NCBI GenBank assembly: GCA_030265395.1
Contig: JARFYF010000022.1
Span: forward strand, 38,630,484-38,694,483
Direction: 5' to 3'
From: Rhina ancylostomus
Taxonomy: Eukaryota
DNA length: 64,000 nucleotides
A program made the position numbers and the translations under genes. Under the pieces are notes generated by a model. The model saw only the letters and a list, made by a program, of their open reading frames with translations, was not told the DNA's origin and made no database searches. Shown here in pieces: positions 14,035 through 25,848 of the stretch. The number at the start of each line of letters is the position of its first letter. Within the stretch, counting starts at the first letter, position 1.

Positions 14035-14430
14035 CATTGCTAAAGTGTCTTTATGAGCATTGGGTCACCCCAAACTTCTTCGCTAAAATGGAAATGCTTG
14101 GGTGTAATCAATGTGTTAGTGTGGAAAATGCAGCAGCCATTTTGTGCACAGCATTCTCCCACAAACAATATAGTAATGGCCAATCATCTGTTCTTGTAAT
14201 GTCAATGGAGGGTAAATATTGGCTAGGCACTGTTCCTTAAGAAATGGTACAATGGGATCATTTAACCAAGAGGATAGGGTCTCAGATTAACATATTGTTT
14301 GAGAGATGCTTCTTCAACAGTGCAGCTATTTTGCAGAATTTTAGCGGAGTGGCAGCCTACATGTTTGTGGTCAAGATTCAGAAATGAGACAAACCTACCA
14401 TCCTTCCAAATCTGAGGCAAGAGAGCAGTG
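14035..14430 (-). mobile_element. Deu-domain SINE relic
   Basis: gcagcagccattttgtgcacagca..ctcccacaaacaat...gagggtaaatattggctaggcac...tgggatc...caacagtgcagc is the reverse complement of the Deu SINE body. Confidence 0.6.
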
Positions 14431-15346
14431 GTGCCAAATTTGTCACTGACAATTGGCAGCCTTTAAACTAGGATAGGAGGCGCACACAGATCCTGGTCAT
14501 GTGGTGCTGTTGCCCCTATACTGAGGATTAGGTCCAATTGGAGGCCTGGTATCTGCANNNNNNNNNNNNNNNNNNNNNNNNNNNNNNNNNNNNNNTGTAT
14601 GGTCGAGTTGCGTGGTTTTCAAAGTAGGCGTTGAGACCTGCCAGGTGAGTTACAGGATGTTTAAAAAGGGCCACTCAAACTGATTAGGCTGGGGTCAGTG
14701 GTGTAGGGCCCAAGGGGCAAAGGTAACAAATAAGAAAGAGGCCCTGGGCCTATGGTGAGAGGACTGGAGAGAAGCCTGGGAAGCACAGGGTCTGCAGACC
14801 AGAGAACTGCACATCCTACCTCCACCTTACTCTAAACCTGCCTGCCTAAGCAGCTTGTAAATATCAGTTCTCTATGATACTGCCTTTTGGAGTTTAACCA
14901 AAGTGGTTTGATATCATCTACATTAGATTCGTAGTTAACTGTTCATTATCATTGGGTCGTGTTGATGAAAATGACTCGCCTGCAAAATGGTTTGAAGACC
15001 ACTGGTCTAGTGACCTTTGGTAAAGTAAATTAGGCCTTGAGAACCTGCAGGACTGGCCAGTGCTGGTAGTCACAGATGGTCACATGGTCTGAATCATATC
15101 TTGCTGGTTCATGACTCCCAGACAGGTTGGCATAACCTTACATGATAAATGTCTTTCAGAAAAAGCCTGCTGGAGCTTCAAAGTGTGATTTATCTCTGCA
15201 TTTTGTTGTCTCTTCCATATTAAGTATATCGGTAGTGATAAGACTCTTGAGGGCTATTTCATTTGGGGTTAGAAATAGGAAACTCAGATTTGCCACACTC
15301 TTCATTTGTATTTGTTGACCACTGATTGTGTCTTTTGATTTGACAG

Positions 15347-15441
15347 AGAAGGCCAAAGTCCAACTTAACATGAATAACCTCACCAAACGGAGCATGACAA
15401 CTGACTCCATCCTCTCATCCACTACTGCAAGTAACAAGAGG
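15347..15441 (+). CDS. PPP1R12C: Coding exon, 95 bp, phase 1-0: (E)KAKVQLNMNNLTKRSMTTDSILSSTTASNKR
   Basis: Acceptor tgacag|ag, donor agg|gtatgt; open, and bridges the phase-1 donor at 13233 to the phase-0 acceptors downstream. Confidence 0.85.
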
Positions 15442-17689
15442 GTATGTAACAAGCAAGGACAGTAACTGATTGATTGACGTTTGAGTTTGGAACCTGCAGT
15501 GCCATCTCCTGATTTAGTTTTTTTTAAACTTCCAGAGTGGAGCCAGGATCTGGTGGGATAGAAACTGGTTTGACTGACTCTCTCATTGAAGATATGGCAT
15601 TTTCTTTTCATTCTAGATCAAACAAAAGAAAATTTCAGAATTGCTGGAAATGCTGATTTGTTTCCCATGAAGAATGCTGCTTGCTTTCTATTGGAGGGTT
15701 GCAAGGTTTTTTGTTGCAAGGTGTGCTGTACTGTGGTTGGTCAAGGGAGGTTGCCATGGCTGGATTGTGCAGTGTTATCTTCTGAGAGCTGTTGCGTTTC
15801 ATTTCAAGAAATACTGCATTGTTTGCTGTGATGCTGCACTTTGCTGTGGATTGACCCTTCTGTTTTCTATTGTGTAGCTGCTGCAGATTTGCTGTTGCAA
15901 GAAAGGATGTTGCATTTTGCTGCTCAGTGATGTGTGGTTTGAACGGCAATTCTTGTTGCAGCTAATGCTATTGGTTTGATGTTGCAAGGATTAATGCTAT
16001 GCTTCCTACTGCAGTCAATGATGCATTGTTTTGTGTTGCTGGGTGTGGCATTTTGTAAGAAATGTGGTACCATGTTTCATTCTGCAGGCCATTGCAATGT
16101 TTTGATGAATCATAGTATTGTTCAAATTGAAAGTGCATTCATAACCCTTTTGTGAGAGATGCCTCTTTGGCCAGGAGCGTCTTCAGAGCTGCTTCTGCTC
16201 TATCACCATAAAATTTGTTGTGGAAACTCTTGGCCATTGTTTTCTCCATGGTGTACTTGTTTTTTTTCATCTCTTTGTGTGCCATTTTAAGAAGGCTGCT
16301 CTTTGAGGACTGCTGCATAACTTTGTGGCATTGTTTGTTGTTGCAGTGTTTTCCCTAGCAACTGGTGTGAGGTAAAGTTAAGGGTTTGCCTTAGATAGTC
16401 TTAAATTGCATGGCTCCTTGCCTGTGACGCTCATGAGTTTGCTGGGACTGCCCACTATCTAACTTTGCACTTCAGGGAGAAACAATAGGGGCCCCTTTCT
16501 AATCTGACCTGGGGGTTACATTTTTCACCTCTGCACTTCTCAGAATTTGTGGGTGGAACAGATGAACACTTTGGAGTAAGATCATTATAAAATCAAGAAG
16601 CTTGTTTATTTCACTTGGTACATAATGGCACTTACAGACTTCCTTATCAGCCCCCAGCTGTGAAAACTAAGCTTGGCCTTCAGTGCTGGCAAGCACGTCC
16701 CACTTGCAGCCTTAGTTGAAATGGACAAGTTAAGTGCCTTGCTCTTTTTATTACAGGAGAGTTCCGGAAGATAAGCTTGACCCTTACTTTATATATGGAG
16801 GTCATGGTTTACAGACCTGGCCAATCCCAAGTCTCTAAACAGCAGGTTCTCGCTGGGTTCCTTTTCCATTTCATCCCCGCTGAACTCAGATCTGCAATGA
16901 TCGTAGCAATGATAGGTCCAAATGGTGTCTTGGAGTTTTGAGAGAAAATAACGAGGCCACCAGCTTCATTGTCCCTGATCGTACTGAAGGGTAACAACAT
17001 TAGTTTTGGTCAACTACCTTAAATGCAAGGCGGACGATTTTTAATTTTAATGTAAATGAAGTTACTTCAATATAACTTCCTCTTCTGAGTAAAAATGATC
17101 AAAAGTGAAGCCTGGAATTGTATAAATGTGACCCATAATCATTATTATTGCATTCTGTCCTATTCTAAGGGATACAGTGCTTCATTCTCCTGCATTGTTG
17201 CTGCTATATTACTTAAGTATTTCCTGCTCTGAATATTGCAGAGTTCTCCTACTATGCTTACTGTATTATTCCCTTTTTGGAATGTTGCATTATTTACGCT
17301 TAAGGTGAGCATCAATTTACCTCTTCCATGTGTGAGTTTTCTCATTGCAAGAAATGCTACAGCACTCTCGTTGGCTGCACTGTTGATGCTGCATTACTGC
17401 TTCTGGTGAGATAAGCTGATTTTTTTTAAGACTTCTGCAGGGATGTTGCATTGTTTCCTGCTGTGAAGTTTGCTGTGTTGTTAGGTGTTGTAAGGGTTGC
17501 TCCATTATTTTGTTAAAGGTGGTGGTTTAATTTTCAGGTTTATGCATTGTTTTGTGTACAAGGGCAAAATTGCCTTTTCCAATGGAGATTGCAATACTTC
17601 CTTTTCTGAGGAATGCCACTGTTGGTGCTTGTATTTGAAATGTCTCATTCAGATGGCTATGCAGTGAAATCTTCAGGATTTTTTTTCAT

Positions 17690-18410
17690 GTGGGGTCCAG
17701 TGATAATTGCTGAATTGCTTTTTGTAGAGTGCTGCACTCTGGTGAAGATTGCTCTGTCACTTTTGAAGATTGTGATTTTTGTTTTATTCTGAAGAATGTT
17801 AATTTGTTGTCAGCTGTGAAGGATGCCATGCTAGTGAGCAATACTGTGATATTTCCAGGATAGGTAACATGCGACATGCGCTTTGATTTATGTTATGAAG
17901 AATGCTGTGCCATTTGGCTGAAGAGTTTTGGATCATTTCTGATCAAAGATACCACGTTGATTATAGTGCTTAGTTGTTTCTGGTTGTTGTAAAGAGCACT
18001 GCCATATTTCCATCGAAGAGTGCTGAGTTTTGTGAAGATTTTTGTTTTGTTTCCAGTTAAGAATATTGAATTTCACCTTCCGAAGATTTTGTCTTACACT
18101 GGATCGTATGAAAAGTGTCCCATCGAACCTTATGAAGAGCACTGCATAGCTTCTTATGAAAAGAGCAGTGTTCTTTCCAATGAAGGATGCCACATTGATT
18201 TTTATGAAGAATTCTGTATTGTTTCTTGTGAGGAGTGGTGTTGTCTACAGTTATGAGTCTTGTGTTGTTTCTGGTGAAGAAAATTGCAAAGGTTATTCTG
18301 AAGGTTATTATATCTCGATGTGAAGAATGCTGCTCAGTTCTTCCGATGAGAACTGCCATCTCAAAAGAATGCAGCTCATTTTCTTGTGAGGAGAGCTGCT
18401 TTATGCAGAA
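17690..18410. repeat. Degenerate 24-nt minisatellite (consensus near TATGAAGAATGCTGCATTGTTTCT)
   Basis: Unit starts at 18107, 18131, 18155, 18179, 18203 and 18227 (exact 24-nt spacing); more decayed related sequence at about 15630-16350 and 17150-17690. Confidence 0.7.
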
Positions 18411-19986
18411 TCATATCTTGGGTAATTTTTAATTTGTTTGTGCCACTGAGAGTCACAGAGTTGTACAGCATGGAAACAGGCCCTTTGGCCCAACTGGTCC
18501 ATACCGACCAAGATGCCCGTCTGAGCTAGTCCCATTTTCTGGCACTTGGCCCATAACCCTCCAAGTATTTCCTATCCAGGAGATGCTTTTTAAATTGGGA
18601 ATGAGCCAATCCCAGTCCCACTCTGCACAGAATTTAAAATGTAGCTCTGCAGGTATTCAAGTAATATTATAATCTCCAGACTTGGGTATCCTTTTGTATT
18701 TAGTATCTATGAGCTGACTTCCCAGGATTTGGAAAACCTGGTGCCACAGGTAACTGGGAAGTCTGATTCAACAAGAAAAGGAATTTCCAGCATTTAAAGT
18801 GGACTGAGTAGACTGTGAGAATTTCCTCAGTCCCCTCCAAATGTTCCTCTGAAACAAAGTGAAGCTCTCCTCCATCACCACAATCCCCACTTCTGCTGCC
18901 CCACCACTGCTGATAAGCAAACCCCCTCCCATCGCCACTGTAACATTCACCTCTGCCCTTGCCCAACCATACTGTGATGTGCAAATCCCCACCCTGTGCC
19001 CTGATTTTCTGCTTGGTACTCCGAGCTCTCCCTCCAACCTGTGACCATTACCATTATATGGGAATAAGCCAGTGCTGCAGCAGTGTACTACTGATTTTCT
19101 AATCTCACAGTTGGCCAGTCCTTTGGTCAGGCTGAATGCTGTTCAGGAAATGGAGCAAAACATCGAATTAATTTGGACCCTTATATCCAGAAGGAACTCT
19201 GCACTGGTGGTTTTCCGAGGTTCAAACTCAATCCTCAAACATCCTTGCCCCCACCTCTCCATATGTATCAGGGTCCACCATTCTATGGGCAGGAGGGTTG
19301 TTGTCATGATGCCACACTGTGAAGCTCCATCTATTAATGAATTGATCATAACCATATTTTAAAAAAAGTATTAGTAGAACAGAACGTCCCTCTAATTAGG
19401 TTAATACTTTCTTTATGATCTATACATCTCTGCAGGTACCACAGTTCATCCATGATATTATTTGACTTTCCTCTAACAAACAATAAATGTTTTGAGAACA
19501 CTCTTTGAGTACTAGAATGTTACGTCCTGTTGTATGACAGTAGTTCCTCCCTGGTGATGAATGCTGTGGTCTAGGTTGGCTGGAGAATAAGGATTGATGT
19601 TTTGAGAGTATCCCTTTTTGCCAGTGTCCACAAATGATGGTCCAGGTAGAAATGGGAGCATACTTAATGTTTCCTGTAATTCAGATTTGATTGAAATTAA
19701 TTTTTACCTTTTCAGGAGAGTCAAAGCTTCACTGAACATTATCCCAGCAGTATTAACTCCCTGGTTTATTTAGGCATTGACTGATGAATGGTACTGTGAT
19801 ATGAAGGTTTAATTTATTGATGGCATGTTCTATTGTGGATTGAATTGTTCATTTATATGAAGGCCATGCAGAATGAGGATGTCTTTCCTTTATGCCCTTT
19901 CTTGCCTCCCATTCTTTCTCTTCCATTCTCACCTGTACCTCATCTGACTCTCTCTTTTTCTCCTCTTGCTCTTCCTCTGACTACAG

Positions 19987-20103
19987 TTTGACTTCTTTAC
20001 TCCTTTCCTACCTTTTTGTCAGCCAAGTGACCCAAAGTCATGGCGACAGGGCCTACGCAAAACCGGCATTGTCTTGGTCCCCCAAAGAGGTCAAAAGGCA
20101 GCG
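19987..20103 (+). CDS. PPP1R12C: Cassette exon, 117 bp, phase 0-0: FDFFTPFLPFCQPSDPKSWRQGLRKTGIVLVPQRGQKAA (second in-frame acceptor at 20023)
   Basis: About 100 nt of polypyrimidine tract with a ctgac branch-like motif, ctacag|ttt acceptor and gcg|gtgagc donor. Contains WRQGLRKTG, paralleling WRTALRKTG in the next exon. Confidence 0.82.
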
Positions 20104-21739
20104 GTGAGCTTCTTGCATGTTGAGGTTTCCATTCTCGTTGAAGCTTTTGGTGTGCTGCATGAGCACGTGGTTTGCCTTGCATTCATCCGCCTTGGTCTTC
20201 CTCTCTATTTCAACCTTTCGAGTTTTGGACAAGCAATTTCAGAGACACAAATGAAAAATTACTCTAAGCAATAGAAAGCCCAGCGATCTAGAACACAGTC
20301 TATTCGTGTTGGACATTCTCATTGATACTCTGCCATCTTTACTGCTTAAAATTGACCAGAAAATTACTTTTTAAGACAGTTTCTAAGGGGCTGGTTGAGG
20401 ATGGATAATTATGTGTTAGTTTTCCTTCCATCTCACTTGTGTCCTTTCATCCAAATGTCATTGCATTGTTGAAAGGAGAGAGGTTGTGACCTCACTGAAA
20501 CAAGTATTGATGGCATTGTATACTAGAGGTGGAAAAGAAGTTAATGTCACATTGCCTTTTTAAATTAGATTGAAATGTTTTTGAGGATACTGAAGAGTAC
20601 CATTTTATACTGGAACATAGAAGTGTTCAAGAGAATAAGAGACTATTGCACTCCAACTGGCTGGTCCCAGGATTCTGAAAGTTTGCATGTACATTTCTAT
20701 TCCTTGTGCTCCCAGCTCACTCTATCTGTTAGATATTGGTGCCACCCCAACCCAATTTCACTAATTCTCTGCTCTGAAGGTTCACCTGCTGTTCTGTAAA
20801 GTTAAATCTAAAACTGCTGATCTTCCCTATTGTAAAAATGAGCTTCTCTCACTTTCTTGCAGAATTAGTGATTGCTATAGACGTCATGAGGTTTCAACTT
20901 GTCCAATTGCCTTACAGTCTCTTCTGAGCAATTGCATGCCACATTCTTTCCCAGTGGAGATATTTTCAGCTTCTGTAACTGAGTGACAAATGCAAAATAT
21001 CAACCAACACTGTTGAAGATGCCCCTTCTGAAATGTGATGATCTGAATTGTACTTTAAATTCCAATTGAGGTTAGGCTAGCACTTTGCAAGGTCATCATT
21101 AAGTCCTGAGATCTTTCCTCTCTTTATTGCTAGTTTGATAGTTTTGATATTACTCACCAGAACTGGGCACCATTCTGCTCCCCACTCCCCCACCTCCTTT
21201 GTCCTGTCCTATTGTGTGTCATGTGCCCACACTGTTTATCCTTCAGATTTCTTGTTATTTTGCACTTAGCCACCCTAGACATCTGCCACTACTTGGCCCA
21301 ACTTCACAAATTATGCATATCTGTTTCCTTGGTCTTTTATTTATGGCTATTCTTCAAGGGATTTGTTATTATCAGAAAGCTTATGCAATGTTGATTTTAT
21401 TCCAAGTTTCAAATCCTTTATGAACATTGTGAACAGCAGTGACCCAAATGCATATCTCTCAGGCACATCACTAATAACCTTTCAGTAGAAATAATCCAGA
21501 AACAATGAAAATTTCTAATATTCAGACACATCCAAGACCAGCATGGAACCTGTGCTTAACTGCAAGCAACTGCAGGAAACATTTAAACTTCATTTGAATA
21601 GGGATTTTTTGCACTATTTGCCTACATCTGATTGCCTATAGTTAAAATACACAGCATTGGTACCTTGATTGTTCATTCTTTTTCATCCTCTGATCAATTG
21701 TTTTCCCTTTCGGCCCCTAAGTAGTGCATACTCTCCCTC

Positions 21740-21985
21740 TGTCTGCTTTTATTCAAGGTTTCCACTTGGTCTCTGATTGGCACATGATTCACTCGGTCTC
21801 ATGATTGGTATTTGTTCTCTCTCAGTCCTTAATTGGTGTGAGTTCCTTCTTACTCTCTGGTGCATATTCTCTCTCTCTATTTTTGATTGGCACACATTCC
21901 TTCTCTGCTTCCTGCTTGGTGTATGTTCCTTTTCTGCCCCTGACTGGTGTTTGTTCCCTCTCTCCAATGGTTTGTGTTCATCTTT
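21740..21985. repeat. Degenerate ~28-nt minisatellite with GATTGG-like core
   Basis: Core at 21775, 21803, 21831, 21855, 21885, 21914, 21942 and 21965, separated by CT-rich spacers. Confidence 0.65.
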
Positions 21986-22487
21986 GAAGCTCCAGTTACT
22001 GTACATTTACTCCAAGTCCTCAGGTTGCCGGTCAAACAATTACAGTCAAACATTTGCAGGTATTTGCATGTCCTTTCCCTTGGGCTTAGCCAGTTCTGAA
22101 TGTGAGGTAGCTGTAATAACTGTAAGAGAGTAGGTTAAATACACGAGGACCCTGAAGAACAAATGCTAATTACTGGGGCAGGACTTCTCCTGGCAGCCAT
22201 TCGGAGCAAAATTATGGAGGCCTTCTGAATGGTCAATCTTTTGACTTCACTGGAACCATTAAAAGATGTTTCTGCCATATTTCATGACATTGTCAACACA
22301 GTTTGACCAGAGGGAAACTTCCCCCATCCATTTAATGCTTTACTTTATGGTTGAGAATTTATTTTTGTTTGGGGGTTAGCTGCAGCTTGCTGGAGGATTT
22401 TACTACTTTTTCAGGTTGATTTCTTGAGATTGCTATAAGTTTGCTCTTTCCACAAAATGGAAAAGCTGGCAGAGAACAGCAATCGAG

Positions 22488-22700
22488 AACCAAAAAACTG
22501 TAGATGNNNNNNNNTCTGAGAAAAAAAACAGAAGATGCTGGAAATATTCAGCAGGTCAGATCACAGAGTCAGGTTTCATGTTGATGACTGTTCTGATAAA
22601 AGGCCATCAACCTGAAACATTTACCTCTGTTTTTCTCTCCACAAATGTTGTCTGACCTGCTGAGATTTTTTTCCAGAAATTTCTGCTTTTATGATAGAGG
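22488..22700. mobile_element. Inverted pair of Penelope-like terminal repeats (hairpin)
   Basis: cagaagatgctggaaatattcagcaggtcaga is mirrored by tctgacctgctgagattttttccagaaatttctg. Confidence 0.65.
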
Positions 22701-22989
22701 ATATTTTAGATTGCTCCCACCTTTGTTGTCAAGAAGGAGGGAAGTAAGCTTCTCTGCCAGCAGCTTCCCTTTTTGTTTGGTTATGCTACTAGTTAATCTA
22801 GCTGCATGTTTTTTCTGTAGGCTGCGAGATAGCTTAGTTTATGAGATGGTGCCAGGAAATAGCACAAGAGATGAGGGCTCTCACACTTGACCTTAACCAA
22901 CAGGTAAGAAGAGCTTGTTGCTTCTTATGGACCAGAGTAATCTTATCTTGACACCAAGATACAGAAGGCTTTTCGTGTAAGGGAAGAGA

Positions 22990-25090
22990 AGTGGCACTTG
23001 TAGGGAACAGTATAGCAAGGGTATAGCAGTAGTATATTCTGTGTAATTATACAGTACTGTATATAAAGAGTACAGCGACAGTCTATTCTGTTCTCTGCAA
23101 TTGCAGCAAAGAGTACTAGAGGTTATATTTGCCCTGTGCCAGGTAAAGGATATCTTCTTGTGGTTTGAAGTGGAAGAGAGAAGTTCTACATAGGATCAGA
23201 CAACAGAGATAAAACTAGAAAGAAGATTGTGGAGAAAGCACGAGGATCTAAGGTTTAAATGCCAGTCTAGAATCTCACAAGTAATTGGCTTAAAAGCTAT
23301 GACNNNNNNNNNNNNAGCACAAAAAAAATGGAGAAAAATAACCAACCCTTCCATTGGATTAAAAGTATTGTATAGTGTTGTCAAAAAGAACAAGCTTGAA
23401 GATTGGGAGGGCTTTTCTGAATCAGCAGAGATTGACCAAAAACTGATTGAGGAGAAAGATAGATTGAAGGAACACTAATAGTAAACTTAAGAGTGTAAGG
23501 CCTTTAGCCAAAATGTGAAAATTGGGGAAATAAAACCATACTTGGGTCCCTTAGAGATTAGGAGAGGAGAATTTGAAAACATGTTTTATATCTGACTTCA
23601 CAGTGTTACCAAATAACATACCAAAATAGTATGGAACTTAAAGACTGATGGGAATGTAGGACTTAATGTAATTTAATATTCATAAAGCAAAAGTACTGAA
23701 TAAATTGATGGGATTAAAGCTGATAGATTTAAATCTCCCAATGACACAACCCATGGATTGTAAAAGAGGTTGCTGCACAGACAGCAGCTATCATGGTAGC
23801 AGTCTTCTCATACTCCCAAAGGTTATGACCAGCCTACTGGAATGTACAAGTGTAACACAGCTATTCAGGGAAGGAGGGGAAGGAAAAGCATGGAATTATA
23901 GATTGTTTAGCCAAGCAGCAGTTGTCAGAAGGTACTGGGATTCATCATTAGGGAAATGGTAACTGGGGACTTAGAATGTATATAAACGTGATTAAGCAGA
24001 GTCTGCATGGTTCTATAAAATAAGGAAACTGTTTTAAAATGAAATAACTAGATGATCAGATAAAGTAATGGGCAGATGTAAATAGAGATGTTCAAAAACT
24101 ATTCTTTAAAGTATCATGCTAAAGGTAATTTAAGCAAAATAGGCTGATGGGTTGGGGCGATAACTTAGCACGGATGAGGCATTGGTTAAATCAGAACATG
24201 AATAAATTAGTCATTTAAAGGCTGTAACAAGAAGAATACAAAGAGGTGTGGGCCCAAGTATTTAAAGTCTATGTTGATGATTTTGTTGAAAGACCAATTT
24301 ATCCAAGTCTGCTGATACCAGTTTAGATGACAAAGTCAACGGTGGCAAAAATATAAACAATTTTTAAAGAGAAAGGTTAACTGTGGATGAGAAAATGGCA
24401 GTTATGGAGAAATGTGAGGTTATTCACCTGATTAGGAAAAATTGGAAAATATTTTTAAATGGTCACTAGAAAATGTTGATGTTTAGATAGATTTGGATGT
24501 TGTTGTATGCAAAACACAGGAAGTTAACATTGAAGTACAGCAAACAGTGCAAATGCTTTATCAGCTTTTATTGCAAGGATATTGTTGTACAAGATTAAGA
24601 AATCTTGCTATAATTATACAAGAGTTTGCGGGAATTGTGTGCAGTTTTGCTATCTGCGTTTAAGGAAGATTCTACTTGTCTTAGAGACAGAGCAAAGGTT
24701 CACTAGATCGACTCCTGGGTTAAAATGTTAATTCACTGCAATGGTTGGGATGGACATGTACTCTTTGGAGTTTAGACAAATGAGTTGTGTTGATTGAAAC
24801 TTAGCATTCATCCTGATTCAAGTCACTTATGAATTATGTGATTGTTCCCTCTAGCTGGAGACTATAGAATTGGGGCTAATGGTTTCACAGAAGAGGTAGG
24901 TCAAATTGTGTCCTTTTCATGTATTCAGTGTGGAAATTGATAGATTCTTGGATTTTTAAGGGATTCTTGGAATTCGGGAATGGAGCAGGTAAGTGGAGTT
25001 GAAGTCGAGGACATGCCATGATTTGACTAAAAGATGAAGCAGGATCAAGGGCCAATTAGACCTAATCTTATTTATTTTATTATGTTCTTT
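22990..25090 (+). mobile_element. Long, heavily decayed CR1 LINE (ORF2 pieces through the 3' UTR)
   Basis: Recognisable RT-region remnants: ggaattatagattgtttagcc (NYRPVSL-like), tccaagtctgctgatacc (SKFADDT-like), gagaaatgtgaggttattcac (KCEVIH), ctctttggagtttaga (SLEFR), plus a CR1-like tail. No long ORF. Confidence 0.75.
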
Positions 25091-25296
25091 ATGCTATTAT
25101 TAGAGCAAGCTCAGTCTCTCCACCACCTTTGATGTCAATGGGAGGTAAGCCCCCTAACACTGCTGGCTTTTTTATTTTACTGCTATGCTTAAGCAGGTTC
25201 TTTTCTTTTCCATTGGTCACACCTTCAGCTTGAGGCATTTCAGTTCTGGGTGAATGAGTCCCATCATTTGGTAAAGTGTCTCCTTTGTTCACCCAG

Positions 25297-25509
25297 TTTT
25301 CAGGCCCTCCTGCCAAAGCGGCAACCCATGAAGAAGAGAAGAAAGAGCAGCAGTCTCCAGCTGCATGGCGAACTGCCCTTCGCAAAACAGGGAGCTATGG
25401 AACCCTCAACAACTTGCAAACACCGCAGGAGGAGCAGAAAGGGAAAGAGGTGGGAATTGTCCGGTCAGCATCGAGCCCCAAGCTGACTCTGGCTGAATCC
25501 AAGGAGAAG
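25297..25509 (+). CDS. PPP1R12C: Coding exon, 213 bp, phase 0-0: FSGPPAKAATHEEEKKEQQSPAAWRTALRKTGSYGTLNNLQTPQEEQKGKEVGIVRSASSPKLTLAESKEK
   Basis: Acceptor acccag|ttt, donor aag|gtttgt; carries equivalents of MYPT1 S445 (LRKTGS) and S472/S473 (RSASSP). Confidence 0.95.
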
Positions 25510-25660
25510 GTTTGTGAGAGCAATGTTTAGGAGCATTGCTTGAGAGAGAAGGTCAATCAGTTCTCCACTTGGTACTGATAGGTAGGTCAGTGATCAGGCA
25601 TAGGTTTAGACTAATTGGAACAAAGAGCTATACAACGATAATTGAAAAGCAAAAATGCCG

Positions 25661-25848
25661 AAATCTGAAATAAAGCAGAAACTGCTGGAGAGACTCGGGA
25701 GGTGAGGCATCATCTGTGGAAAGAGGAACAGAGTTAATGTTTCAGGTTTTGATAAAGGATCATCAGCCTGAAATGTTATCTCTGTTTATCTCCACAGATG
25801 CTGCCTGACCTTCTGAGATTCCCTAGTATTTTCCTTTTTTATTTTAGG
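25661..25848. mobile_element. Inverted pair of Penelope-like terminal repeats (~190-bp palindrome)
   Basis: Left arm ...aggcatcatctgtggaaagaggaacagagttaatgtttcagg pairs with right arm cctgaaatgttatctctgtttatctccacagatgctgcct... Confidence 0.7.

Noticed and set aside
15156-15611. Longest ORF in the track (151 aa, minus strand)
   Set aside because: Antisense shadow of the 15347-15441 exon plus intron; no recognisable domain.
17690-18410. CRISPR-like or coding interpretation of the periodic sequence
   Set aside because: Eukaryotic intron, no identical repeats with unique spacers, no cas genes, and ORFs are short with no splice support.
18831-19044. Pro/Ser/Thr-rich ORF 18859..19044 resembling a linker exon
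   Set aside because: No in-frame acceptor/donor pair; explained by C-rich low complexity.
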